A stretch of DNA of 64,000 nt from a bacterium (GTDB lineage Bacteria; Bdellovibrionota_C; UBA2361; CALJRW01), in the NCBI GenBank assembly GCA_031385045.1, contig JANNBC010000016.1:15375-79374 (forward strand), written 5' to 3'. A program made the position numbers and the translations under genes. Positions 47,324 through 57,494 of this stretch are shown here, piece by piece; the stretch's first letter is position 1, and each line of letters opens with the position of its first letter. The notes under the pieces are model-generated. The model saw nothing but the letters and a program-made list of their open reading frames with translations. It was not told where the DNA came from and did not search any database.

Positions 47324-47474
47324 ACTTAGAGTTGGTAGTTGCAAATTTGAATCGGTGCTTCTAATTTGCAACAAATATTAATTGGCATTGGAAGGTAGGA
47401 GAAGTAGGCTCGCTCTACAGGCATTAAATTGTTTATTACTTTTATGCCATCGGTTAGTTTGTTACTTTAATAGC

Positions 47475-47771
47475 ATGAAAACAGGGCGTAACTTCAAACT
47501 ATCCTTTTTAGTTGTTGCAATCTTGAGTTACATTCTTTATTTGGCTATTGGACAAAAGCCTCCCACCCAAACTAAGCCCCAATATCTTAGCTATGTAGTT
47601 GATCCAAAATTACAGGAATTAAGATTTTTTTCGAAAGACGACCAAAACAAAAAACTTCTAAGCATTAGAAGGTTGCTAGAATATTTAGTTGGGAGCGGTC
47701 AAGAATTAGTATCCGCTATGAATGGTGGGATGTATCAGATGGATTTTACACCCAAATTGATCTTCTCCTGA
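47475..47771 (+). pseudogene. truncated DUF2233/phosphodiester-glycosidase-like gene (N-terminal ~98 codons only)
   Basis: TM anchor, then '..LRFFSKDDQNKKLLSIRRL...GQELVSAMNGGMYQMDFTP', which resembles the N-terminal third of DUF2233 proteins. The ORF stops right after the 'MNGGMY' motif. Confidence 0.45.
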
Positions 47772-47809
47772 TTTTTGGACTCCTAAGTCTATAGTTGGGG
47801 GTCCAAAAA
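47772..47809. terminator. hairpin with A/T-run arms, a possible bidirectional terminator
   Basis: TTTTTGGAC(TCC)...(GGG)GTCCAAAAA: a 9-12 bp stem with a 14-nt loop. Confidence 0.4.
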
Positions 47810-47931
47810 TCTGGGAAAGGTCATGATGTCATACAGTTTTCCTCCTATTGATAGCCAAATGGTTTTGCTCATAAACAATTTCTTGACAAAGTTTATTCCA
47901 ATTCGAGCCAGGCACAAGTTCAAAAATAGCT

Positions 47932-49011
47932 TTAAGGAGCTGGTGCTAATTTGATAATATTACCTTTAGAATACTCTCTAGCAACTACTTCAAATTTTGC
48001 TTTTTGATTTTTAAAATTTACAACCTCATCCCAAGTAGCAATGTCTTTCATTTCTGAAAAGATTGTTTGAAAATTACTATTGTCAATTTGATGTCTTTCG
48101 CAGGCTTGATAAATTGCTTCGCTTGTTAAGTAGCAACTATAGCCCATGGCAGAAGGCTCTTTGCCGTTAGTTAATTTTTTATACTGCAAGGTGAAATTTA
48201 GCTTTTCTACACCAGTTTCAACATAAGTAATTTTGTCTAGTAATTCTTTAGTAAGTCCCTTTAGAACATCTTCATAACGAATCATAAATGTTGTGTAGAT
48301 TTTTTGTTGCATCCCAGCGGAGCGAAATTGCTTGATAAAAATTGCTAATTGATTTGGAGCTAATCCAACGAAAACAGTGTCGGCATTACTTTGCTTAATT
48401 TTCAGGATGATACTTCGAAAATCATTAAACTCAGGATCTACATGCTCAGTTTCACGAAGACTCCCTCCTAATTCTTTAAATTTTTTAATTAGTCCTTGTT
48501 CAAAGGATAATAACCAGTCATCTTCTCTGGTTAGAGAATAAATATTCTTTATGCCATCTTGAATCATGATCTGAGCAAGTAAGCTTGATTCATCATCAGT
48601 GCTAGGCCAAAACTGATAAGCATAGGGGTTCTGTTGAATAAACGCTGGTATTGCTACTGCGCCAAGGATTGGAATCTGCATTTGTTTAGAGATTGGGTTA
48701 ATCGCCAGGCCAACGGGCGCGCGAACTAATTGAACTGCTTGAACTCGATCAACTTCTACTAGTTTCTTAAATAGGCTAACCCCTTCTTTCCCTTGAGCCT
48801 TAGAATCTTCGACAATAAATTTTATTGGCAAATTTTTACTAGCATTTCTTTCTTTTGCCAGTTCGTGTCCAGCCAAACATTCTTGTCCAGCACTGGCATA
48901 TTCACCTGAGATTGGAATCAATAAGCCAAAATTACATTCAGCTATTAAGGATGAGTTACTAATTAGTTGGACAAGGAATAAATTGAAAAAGACTTTAAGT
49001 AAATTTTTCAT
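47932..49011 (-). CDS. periplasmic substrate-binding protein, type-I PBP / LivK-like (second orphan copy)
   Basis: 359 aa with a signal peptide. 'FGLLIPISGEYASAGQECLAGHELA' is the family-typical N-terminus. No transporter partners adjacent. Confidence 0.7.
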   Translation of the reverse strand: MKNLLKVFFNLFLVQLISNSSLIAECNFGLLIPISGEYASAGQECLAGHELAKERNASKNLPIKFIVEDSKAQGKEGVSLFKKLVEVDRVQAVQLVRAPVGLAINPISKQMQIPILGAVAIPAFIQQNPYAYQFWPSTDDESSLLAQIMIQDGIKNIYSLTREDDWLLSFEQGLIKKFKELGGSLRETEHVDPEFNDFRSIILKIKQSNADTVFVGLAPNQLAIFIKQFRSAGMQQKIYTTFMIRYEDVLKGLTKELLDKITYVETGVEKLNFTLQYKKLTNGKEPSAMGYSCYLTSEAIYQACERHQIDNSNFQTIFSEMKDIATWDEVVNFKNQKAKFEVVAREYSKGNIIKLAPAP

Positions 49012-49169
49012 GCTATCAAGATAGCTTATAATGAAGACATTTTCTACGAATATAATAAGCTAAATTTAAGATTAATATTAAAAGACTTGTTTCAAATCTA
49101 CTTAAGTAGCTTCAACTGAAAGAAGACTAAGGTTAGACTAGGGTACTGACATCCAGAATTGTAACATTA

Positions 49170-49412
49170 CTACTTGGTGCGTTTATAGCCCAGGCATAAC
49201 AGCACTTTATTCTTTATGGAATCTTGAGGATTATATTCTTCCTTTATGAGAATAACTTGAATATTCCGATGAGTCACACACCCAATAAATATGGAATCTT
49301 TCAATCTATATGATTCGTAATATAGTGCTTGAATTCTCTGGATATTGCTGGATAAATCTACCAAGGACCTGTTTCGATTGCCGAGCGAATTTGATTGTAT
49401 TTGAGAGCACAA
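49170..49412 (-). CDS. hypothetical small ORF, possibly the frameshifted 3' part of the upstream ORF
   Basis: 80 aa. Overlaps the 49358-49870 ORF by 55 nt in another frame. Confidence 0.25.
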   Translation of the reverse strand: MCSQIQSNSLGNRNRSLVDLSSNIQRIQALYYESYRLKDSIFIGCVTHRNIQVILIKEEYNPQDSIKNKVLLCLGYKRTK

Positions 49413-49870
49413 CTTTCAATTTCATTTACAGGTATGGCATGAAGTCCATTAGAGCAATTTACTAATGCAAAATCCTGGAGTTTGATCATATTGCCTTGCA
49501 GAATATCCTTGCCATGATCTAGCTTATAAAGCATTTGGGCGATCGTCAGTAGCTCAATCTCTGTTATTTTATCGCATTTTGAAACTGATTCGAGATTTGT
49601 TTGCAGATAGATTCTTGTACTTTGCTTAATTGGAGTTGTGAAATTTGGATCGCTCCTCCAGAGGTCTAATTGACTTTCTGCCACAAGTGGCTTGCGATGC
49701 ATTTCGAAAGATAGTCGGTTTGCTTCTAGAACAATTCCGAGTGGAGTTCTATTAATTGGTAATTGCATCGTGATTTCGGTGTCCGATCTACCGATAAATC
49801 TACAATCTAATAATAAATTAGCGACCGCATCTTGTGGTGAGATGGAAGGAGCAGAGGATAATACAGGCAT
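49358..49870 (-). CDS. hypothetical protein
   Basis: 170-aa ORF with no motif recognised. May continue by frameshift into 49170-49412. Confidence 0.45.
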   Translation of the reverse strand: MPVLSSAPSISPQDAVANLLLDCRFIGRSDTEITMQLPINRTPLGIVLEANRLSFEMHRKPLVAESQLDLWRSDPNFTTPIKQSTRIYLQTNLESVSKCDKITEIELLTIAQMLYKLDHGKDILQGNMIKLQDFALVNCSNGLHAIPVNEIESCALKYNQIRSAIETGPW

Positions 49871-50353
49871 GAGTTATGTTGATAATAAAAAGTTGTGAAA
49901 AATTATCATCTTTTAAGCCTTAGTCAATTAAAGCTTTCCAAGGCTATATCTAGGTAAGAAAAGATATTTTATACTGGCGAAAATCAGAACCATACTTTTT
50001 ATCTTGGAGATAATTTCTTTGACGTCAGTATTTATCCTTGGTCTCAGGACTTAGGATTTAGCTCTGAAATTAGCGAACGTTTTGCCAAGACGCAGGTTTT
50101 AGAAAATAGTGTGATCCGCGGGTTTTGTCGGCTTGGAGATTTGATTCAAATTGATCCAGAAAGTGATAAGAGCAAAATGTGTTTTATTAAAGAAAATATT
50201 TTAGAGATCGCTGAAAAGCATTTGTCTTATAAATTATTTTTTGGGAGGCCTATTTCAGAATCTAAGTTAAATGAATTGGGCGTTGCTAGAGTTACCCTTG
50301 ATCATTATATCTACCATTGGATGTAGTTTTACTCTGGTTTGAAAGTGGAATGT

Positions 50354-51121
50354 TCAAATCAATAACTCAGTAACTATCGGCACATAGTTCTCGGCATATC
50401 GAATTGGCGCAGGAATTAGTCCTTGTGAGAAAAGAAGCTCGGCGCGTTCCTCGTATCGTAATGGTTGATTCTCCTCTCTCAATGTTAGTGGATGTCTATG
50501 CTTTACTGCAGATTCACAGCGAGCCTTCTCTAATGTCACTGTGGTAAGCAACTCTCCCATTTGTTTGGAGAGTTCGGTGTAGATCGTATCGCGAGCAGTA
50601 ATCTTATTCGCTACTTCGCTATCTGAAAGTTTAACGCTCAATTTATTCTGGCTTCTTGAACCAGGAACTTGTTGTAGCGTAAAACCAGAAGCTTGTGATT
50701 TATCTTGATAAATTAATGGAATCTCAAAAATTTCAACATCTTGTCTTTTAACGGCTGACATAACTAGGGGAAGAGCGATGTCATGTACCGGATTGTAAAA
50801 CTCAACAGCGTCACAAAAAACTTCGGAAGGATTATGTTTTGTAATCCAAGTAGCAATTTGAACTGATACTGTACGATAAAAATCTGCATCGCGTTCAACT
50901 AGTGCGTCGTAAAATTGCTGCTCGGAATGATTTAAAAAAGTTGCTTGATCTAAGAGACCAATAGAGCTTAGTCCTTGCTTAGTTTGTTCCACACGTTCTT
51001 CCGCACCACCGTCAGTTAAATATAATATTCTTGGACGAAATTTTTGTAGCATTCCAAAAACTGCTAATTCATGATTTGGATGGCTAAATACAAAACATCT
51101 TTGGGTTTGCTTATCATTCAT
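50354..51121 (-). CDS. PIG-L/LmbE-like putative deacetylase
   Basis: 255 aa. The N-terminal 'CFVFSHPNHELAVFG...LYLTDGG' resembles the PIG-L family 'AHPDDE...TDG' motif but is divergent. Overlaps the upstream GT2 gene by 8 nt. Confidence 0.5.
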   Translation of the reverse strand: MNDKQTQRCFVFSHPNHELAVFGMLQKFRPRILYLTDGGAEERVEQTKQGLSSIGLLDQATFLNHSEQQFYDALVERDADFYRTVSVQIATWITKHNPSEVFCDAVEFYNPVHDIALPLVMSAVKRQDVEIFEIPLIYQDKSQASGFTLQQVPGSRSQNKLSVKLSDSEVANKITARDTIYTELSKQMGELLTTVTLEKARCESAVKHRHPLTLREENQPLRYEERAELLFSQGLIPAPIRYAENYVPIVTELLI

Positions 51122-52034
51122 TAGTCAGCTCCTTTATCTTTGTTTCTTTATATAAATTTGGGTCAAATTTGGGAGCATTCTTAAAGAGATAGCGCTCACT
51201 CCACGGCTCAGAAGTATCCCAGATATTATCATTAGTAACTCGCTTAAGTAGCTTTTGGGACGGGAAACAAATATCTTCTGGACGAATTGTTACACGCTTA
51301 TCGTGCCAGCCGTCAGCAAGTTCCGCTTCACAATATTGTTTCTGACAATATTTTTCAATAGCATGCTTTCGTCCTAAAGCGTAGTAATGACGTTGAATAA
51401 ACTGTATCGGTGCTAGTTTTCTGTCATTAAAGCTTAGATTGTGCCCACCTGTATCTTTTAGGTTAATTTCTTGTCCGAAATTTTTCCAAAGTTTCACCTG
51501 GTTTGTAGATCCGCGATTAAAGTAATAATAATACTTCATTCGCTTTAGAAAATCAGGGGCATCAAAATCATTTTCTTCTTCTGTGGGAAGAAAATCAAAG
51601 ACATCAAAGTCGATAGCATTGTAGCCTAAATCATCCATCGCACGAATTCCTGCCGCGAGTGTCCGGTATGGATTGGGCGCATAGCGAAATTGATCTGCGT
51701 CGTGATGTAAATACCAATCTGCACCGAGCTCTTTATGTAGCTCTTCGGAGCGCTGAAGCAGTGCTCGTAATTCAAATTTACCGCGACGCGGAAAAGTCTC
51801 ATATCCAATAACTCCTCGGCCCATAAATGATTTCACAATATCAAGTGAGCCATCAGTAGACTCATTATCAATAATGTAAGCTTGTAATCCTTGTTTCGCT
51901 TGGTGTTTAAGTTGTGCTGGTAAAAAACGGGACTCGTTGTAAATGTGGAAAATGGAAACGATTTTGAGTGGATGTGGACGTCGGAATCTAGATCCGAGAT
52001 AGGAAAGAACTGGTTTAATCTTCTCAATACTCAT
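51114..52034 (-). CDS. family 2 glycosyltransferase
   Basis: 'VSIFHIYNESRFLPAQLKH......YIIDNESTDGS' is a typical GT2 N-terminus with a DxD-type region. Confidence 0.75.
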   Translation of the reverse strand: MSIEKIKPVLSYLGSRFRRPHPLKIVSIFHIYNESRFLPAQLKHQAKQGLQAYIIDNESTDGSLDIVKSFMGRGVIGYETFPRRGKFELRALLQRSEELHKELGADWYLHHDADQFRYAPNPYRTLAAGIRAMDDLGYNAIDFDVFDFLPTEEENDFDAPDFLKRMKYYYYFNRGSTNQVKLWKNFGQEINLKDTGGHNLSFNDRKLAPIQFIQRHYYALGRKHAIEKYCQKQYCEAELADGWHDKRVTIRPEDICFPSQKLLKRVTNDNIWDTSEPWSERYLFKNAPKFDPNLYKETKIKELTNE

Positions 52035-52272
52035 ATGAGATTTCTACAAAAATGTTTAGGTAAGTATAACTTGAAACAATAATAGCTATTGTTTCTTAAC
52101 TCATTTTTTAGCAAAAGCATATCATTAAGAACTAGTAGTGGTTTTAACAGGAGTTAGGTTATTCTTTAGTCCGAATCCAAGGTAGATTGGTTTCAGCTTT
52201 AGATATCCCTAGCAAGGATTAATAAACTTTTATATATTACACTTTAATAATTGCTTATACTTAATAATTTAG

Positions 52273-52761
52273 ATGTCTGAAACAATTAAAACCTTTGCTA
52301 ATAATACGTCTGTTGAATTTGATAATGGACGTATTGATAGGTGGTGTGTATATCACCGAAAATCGAGATCTCTCCGAATTGCCGTAACAGATTTACAAAT
52401 ATTTTCACAGTTAGATAAGCTTGCGACTAAACTCAATGATCCTCTTGGTCTTTACCTAGATTTTATTAAAATTTACCAGCTAACTTCAGCAAAGGTGAAC
52501 AATAAAATTCTTGATCGAATTACTAAGATGTCCAAAAAATATGATGACTCTGGTGATAAGTTTGATTATCTGATGACTATCCTCTATCTGGGAATGATTG
52601 CGGAGGAAAATAAGAAGAAGGCGAGGGTCAAAAAAAGAATCAAAAGGCTTGGAGTTCACCAAATTCTTATTGAGGATCGTTCTCCTTCGTTTGCTGCAAA
52701 TTTTAGTAGAGGCAAAATAGCTGATATTATTAAATTGGAATGTAAGTTAAGAGGCTTTTGA
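52273..52761 (+). CDS. hypothetical protein
   Basis: 162-aa ORF, K/R-rich in the centre. No motif assigned. Confidence 0.5.
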   Translation: MSETIKTFANNTSVEFDNGRIDRWCVYHRKSRSLRIAVTDLQIFSQLDKLATKLNDPLGLYLDFIKIYQLTSAKVNNKILDRITKMSKKYDDSGDKFDYLMTILYLGMIAEENKKKARVKKRIKRLGVHQILIEDRSPSFAANFSRGKIADIIKLECKLRGF

Positions 52762-52864
52762 TCTAATACTCACACTTTACCTAACTGCAGGACTCTTATG
52801 CTACTAGCATAGATATATCTGAAGATCGAAGCCCCTGCCTAGAGCTTCGATCTATTTCAAAAAG

Positions 52865-53347
52865 TTATTTAGATTTACCACTAGCAATCAAGATTGATCG
52901 ATCTATATTTTCTGGAGAAATTCTTACCAGATTTCCAAAATCGGTTTTCTTTTCATAGTTATAAAACCAGTAAGGCGTGCCAGTGTCTTGATCGTAAATT
53001 AAGGTGTAGACATAACCCTTTTGTGAAAATGGTTTAATTGCATTATTAAATTTTATATTAAATTTTATCTCACCTGCATATATTGTACCAATATTTTTTG
53101 ATGCTAGGATCTTGTTGTAGTAATAAGTCCCACCGGTATATTGTCGCTTAACAAAGTAGGTAATAACCGAAAGGTTTATATCTCGATCTGAATTATTAAC
53201 GATATGTTCAATTTTTGTTTTAGTAAGAAATTTATCATTTTTTAATATCGTCCTATAACTTCCATCTCCAGCTTCAATAGACTGAGAATACGCTTGAGCG
53301 CTCAAGCAGAACATCAATATTAGTACCGTTAATATTTTTTTAATCAT
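52865..53347 (-). CDS. secreted hypothetical protein
   Basis: 160 aa. Signal peptide 'LTVLILMFCLSAQAYS'. Confidence 0.5.
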   Translation of the reverse strand: MIKKILTVLILMFCLSAQAYSQSIEAGDGSYRTILKNDKFLTKTKIEHIVNNSDRDINLSVITYFVKRQYTGGTYYYNKILASKNIGTIYAGEIKFNIKFNNAIKPFSQKGYVYTLIYDQDTGTPYWFYNYEKKTDFGNLVRISPENIDRSILIASGKSK

Positions 53348-53383
53348 TTTTTTTATCGTTGTTAAAGTTAAAATAAAATCTAT

Positions 53384-54196
53384 TTAGCTTTTTAGGCTTT
53401 TAATTGTATCTGGAATTCTTTGTTCAATTCGTTCTGCGCGATCTTTGCTTTTTGGATGAGTAGAGAAAAATGAATTACCACTTCCCACATTCTTCGCCTC
53501 CATTAATTTCCATAGTTTGACAGCTTCGTTTGGGTTATATCCAGCTTTTGTCATGATACTAAGTCCAATGTCATCAGCTTGATATTCTTGAGTACGGCCA
53601 TACGATTTAACAATGGCGCCATATCCGACAACATTTGTGCTCACCGAAGTTACTTTTCCAGCTAGATCCCCTGCATTGCTGCTTCCGGTGTAATAGGCAG
53701 TAGTTACATTGGCAATTGTGCCTAAGAAGGCACTTCCAACCTTTAAAAATTTGCTACGTTTTTCTTCTCCCTGATCGTTGTGATGCTCTGCTAGTACATG
53801 ACCAAGTTCATGGGCTAGAACAGCAGAAAGCTGGTCATCGTTCTCAACTAAATCTAATAAACCTTGATAGACAACAACAGTTTTACCGGCATAGACTCCC
53901 GCATTTAAATCATCAGATTCTAAAATTAAAATTGGAAAAGTATTGGTAGCTAAGTTTGCAGATACCAAAAGTTTATTCATCACCTTCTGAACTCTTGAAT
54001 AATTTTTGCCAGATTGATGAACTTTAATTCCTTCTTCTTTAAAATGGCTAGTTAAGCCTTTGGCTAGTTCTTCTGAAGATTTTTTATCACTGATTTTAGT
54101 TGTAGGTATTTCTCCCGGTTGATAAACTTTGGAACTGCAGGAAGTAAAAAATATTAGAAACGAAGTAATTAGTAATTTAAATAGAATCTTGGTCAT
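53384..54196 (-). CDS. M48-family zinc metalloprotease lipoprotein
   Basis: Lipobox 'IFFTSCS'. 'AVLAHELGHVLAEHH' (HExxH) plus the downstream 'E..AD..G'. Confidence 0.85.
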   Translation of the reverse strand: MTKILFKLLITSFLIFFTSCSSKVYQPGEIPTTKISDKKSSEELAKGLTSHFKEEGIKVHQSGKNYSRVQKVMNKLLVSANLATNTFPILILESDDLNAGVYAGKTVVVYQGLLDLVENDDQLSAVLAHELGHVLAEHHNDQGEEKRSKFLKVGSAFLGTIANVTTAYYTGSSNAGDLAGKVTSVSTNVVGYGAIVKSYGRTQEYQADDIGLSIMTKAGYNPNEAVKLWKLMEAKNVGSGNSFFSTHPKSKDRAERIEQRIPDTIKSLKS

Positions 54197-54622
54197 TGAC
54201 TAAATTGATATTAATTGTCCTAAGTGCATCGGGCGAAATATTAGCTAACTTTAGTTTTTTGTTGATTTTAGCCTGTTCTAGCCTTCCTCGTCTTATTTAA
54301 GTTTAATAAAACTAGAATTGAATATGTGAGAGAAATCTAAATGATGCCAAGTGTTGATTTGCTTCGGCTAAGAAAAATAATAAGGTATATTATGTAGTCC
54401 TACATAGACTTCTAAGTCAAAGAAGTTTTTAGAATCTATAAATTGATTTACCTCTAGTTGCAAATTATGACATTTTTTATTTGAATCTAGCTTAGTCCTT
54501 GTTTATAAAACTTAGATTTCTAGGCTCAGTAGGAGCTCAAGTAATTTAAAATATTTAATAATTTTATATGAAGAAAATACTTGCTTAGCTTCAGATTTGA
54601 TATTGAAAACTAGTTTATTTAA

Positions 54623-55235
54623 GTGCTTATGATTGTTTTTATTGCCAGACACGGGGAGACAGATCTTAATAAAAGTAAAAGAATTCAAGGGCAAACTAAT
54701 CCGCCGTTAAATGAAACAGGATGGGAGCAAGCAAGGAAGTTAGAATTACGCTTAGCTGATGAAAGAATTCAAAGAATTGATTCTAGTGACTTGTTTCGAG
54801 TCACTTCCACAGCACGACAAATTCAAAATTCTCATCCTGATATTCGTGAATCAATACGAAGCCCTAAGGGAAAGGGCTATGGGGATTTATGAAGGAAGGC
54901 CAAATGTAGAGTATCAGGCAATTGTCAAAGAAGCTAAGCGAATACAACAAGTGCCAGTCCACCAATTAAAGATTGATACTGTAGAAGAAATACCAGTAAT
55001 GATTAATCGTTTAATCCCCTATTTGCAATCTTTGTTTGCTCATGATTACGAGACAGTATTAATCGTAGCCAGTCATGTGGTAAATCTTGGGCTCATTCAC
55101 CTATTAACAAATACGCCTCATGAAGAGTTAGGAAACTACCCTCAACCTCAGGCTTGTCTTAATAAAATTGATGTATCGGAAATTGGTAATGGTAGGATTA
55201 TTTTTGCAGGTTCGACCGAGCATTTATTAATATAA
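54623..55235 (+). pseudogene. histidine phosphatase (phosphoglycerate-mutase superfamily), split by a frameshift
   Basis: 'VFIARHGETDLNKSKRIQGQ.N.PLNETGWEQA' (RHG motif) is in frame 1. The remainder ('EALRERAMGIYEGR...VLIVASHVV') is in a second frame. The junction is near 54845-54860. Confidence 0.7.
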
Positions 55236-55469
55236 TCTTAGTTTTTAGTTCTAGTCTTTAGGCATGCAATCTAATTTTTCAATTTAGTATCACTAAATTG
55301 ATTAACTACGGTAAGTCAGATTGATATCAAACATTGAGTATAAATATAAGTTTGTCGAAGTTTATTACTAAATATTCTGCCTATGTCACTAGTATCTTTT
55401 CTTGCATGTCGCACGTATTAGTGTCTTTATATAACAATCTTTAAGTCTTTCATGAGACATCGACAAAAG

Positions 55470-56669
55470 CTATTTATTTGCTAGCCACTCTCTGAGAGTC
55501 CAGACGATGTGCTTTTCTACAGAAACAGGATTAGAAGCATCCATACAATAGTGCTTAAAATAATAAGTTAGAAATTGAGCATCTTCAACATAGTTGAGTT
55601 TTGGTAAGGGACAAAGAAACGCCGGCTTTAAATCCTGTTCATCATCAACTGAATTCGTACCCCAATGGTAGTCTGAAAGTCCTGCGGAATAAACTGGCTT
55701 GCCTTGAATCAATGCCTCAATTCCAACACCAGAATTAATGACAACAACACTTTGCGCTCCAGCAATCAGATCGTGAATATTACCTTTAGTAAGAATCACG
55801 CTAGGTTGCTGTTCAAGCTTTGCAATTACTTGATCTACTTCTGGAGTTTTGCATAAAGGATGTCGCTTAACGACGAGGGGAATTCCAGTTTCATTAGCAG
55901 TACGAATCAAGTTTTTTAATAAGCTAATATAATTAATTCGAGCAAAGTGTTGCACGGGATCTGTTGGAATTTGCATCGCATGGAAGACATACTTTGCAGG
56001 TAAGGGATCTTCCGCAGTTTCCACTTGGGCATACTTTGTTACCCCATTTTGATTAATCCAGTCTCTTAGTTCTGCGACAAAGGCTAATGCTTCTTCTTTG
56101 GGAATTAAGCGACTACTTTGAAAAAGTTTCTCAGAGCTGGATAATTCTGCCCAGCCACTAAAGCCTGAGCGATCAAAAGTAAAATAGGGTGGCAAGTAAG
56201 ATTCCTTTATTCGCCAAATATTTGGCACGTCGCCAATGCTATGCCAGGATAAAGAAACCTCATCTGGATTTACAAATCTTGGGATCGCATGTGTTTTGCC
56301 ATGGACAGGTGTTAGTTGTAAGGGGATGTTTAGTTGAGATAAAATAGTAATCAGATTAGAAAACATCATACGATTTTCATTACCACTTCGATCGGTAGTA
56401 AGTTTTAACCAAGGAATAGGTTGCTCCACATTAACTTGCTTTAGGCCATTTGCTAAGACTTCTTTGGCAAGTTCGATCGCTTCCGGTGATGCTATGTAAG
56501 TATAAGGATCATGTTTTTGCGAGGAGCATTTTGTGGCCTGCAAGAAAGAGGTCGCGTAATCACTTTGGGGAATAACATCAAGAGCAGGTTTTGGTGGCAA
56601 CGAACCGTCGAGGCCACAAGGTATTCCATCTAGTGGAATTATGCCCGGTTGGGCTATCTGAGGTTCCAT
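55470..56669 (-). CDS. capsule-polysaccharide-biosynthesis-like protein (KpsS/KpsC-type domain)
   Basis: 399 aa. 'LVVKRHPLCK...VVINSGVGIEALIQGKPVYSAGLSDY' resembles the capsule synthesis family. The assignment comes from motif memory only. Confidence 0.5.
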   Translation of the reverse strand: MEPQIAQPGIIPLDGIPCGLDGSLPPKPALDVIPQSDYATSFLQATKCSSQKHDPYTYIASPEAIELAKEVLANGLKQVNVEQPIPWLKLTTDRSGNENRMMFSNLITILSQLNIPLQLTPVHGKTHAIPRFVNPDEVSLSWHSIGDVPNIWRIKESYLPPYFTFDRSGFSGWAELSSSEKLFQSSRLIPKEEALAFVAELRDWINQNGVTKYAQVETAEDPLPAKYVFHAMQIPTDPVQHFARINYISLLKNLIRTANETGIPLVVKRHPLCKTPEVDQVIAKLEQQPSVILTKGNIHDLIAGAQSVVVINSGVGIEALIQGKPVYSAGLSDYHWGTNSVDDEQDLKPAFLCPLPKLNYVEDAQFLTYYFKHYCMDASNPVSVEKHIVWTLREWLANK

Positions 56670-56861
56670 TTTACAGCTTAATACAAAAGTGCCGACATCT
56701 TAGCGAATATCTTTTGGGAGTCAATAAAATTAAGCAAAAAATTAAAGATTTAAATACTCATAATGCTATTAGAATAACATTAAATCATTTTAAATCTCAA
56801 ATTTTGAACAAGGCAATTTTATTGTTCGTAAGAGACTTGAGATAGTTTAAGATTAAACTTC

Positions 56862-57263
56862 TTAGCTCAGATTGCAGCTGGTATTAATACGATTTTTTAA
56901 ACGTTTGTTTTTTTGCTCAAGCTTTTTAATACGTGCAATTAGGTGACGTCTTGTTGGCCTGTGAGCATTTTCACCGCCTAGGTCAGATTGAAAGATTACT
57001 GCTAAATCAGGGCAATCATTTGTAATTAAAGTTAACTCTTCAGAAGAGGAGAGGCCCAGTTGTTCATACTTCTCTTGACACTCTAAACTTAATTCAAATT
57101 CAGAATCAGTCATGCTTCCCTCAGGGTAACATTCTAGTTCTAACTGTAAATAATCATTATTATTAGACTGAATGAAGTCGTTATAGCGCTCATCACAACT
57201 AATATCTGCTAGAGCTAAGTTGGCTGAGGAAAATATTAGTAATACGATGATTAATTTATTCAT
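56862..57263 (-). CDS. small secreted Cys-rich acidic protein
   Basis: 133 aa with a signal peptide, six Cys residues and a basic C-terminus. Confidence 0.45.
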   Translation of the reverse strand: MNKLIIVLLIFSSANLALADISCDERYNDFIQSNNNDYLQLELECYPEGSMTDSEFELSLECQEKYEQLGLSSSEELTLITNDCPDLAVIFQSDLGGENAHRPTRRHLIARIKKLEQKNKRLKNRINTSCNLS

Positions 57264-57494
57264 AATAAATTTACTCTAAATTATAAGTTGAAATATAAGA
57301 TAATAATTAGTTTATTAACTTATATTATGGAAATCAACTAAATTTACAATGTTTAACATATTAAATTGTTAAGCTTCTAGAAATACCAAGATTACTTCTT
57401 TTTCTTAATAGGGCTCATGAGGCTTGCCCTTGATCTGTCGCTTTTATTCACAGCTAATTCCTATAATTTGACTTAGCTAGACTTCATTAGGTTT

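Noticed and set aside
47823-47954. Small plus-strand ORF (MMSYSFPPIDSQMVLLINNFLTKF...) and a minus-strand fragment (AIFELVPGSNWNKLCQEIVYEQN...) between the DUF2233 remnant and the binding-protein gene
   Set aside because: I considered these as transposase remnants, but I could not match them to any family from memory. A BLASTX search is needed.
50111-50326. 71-aa ORF starting with GTG (frame open back to 49958 without a start codon)
   Set aside because: It has no motif and no ribosome-binding site. It is possibly the remnant of a longer decayed gene, and the evidence is not enough to call a CDS.
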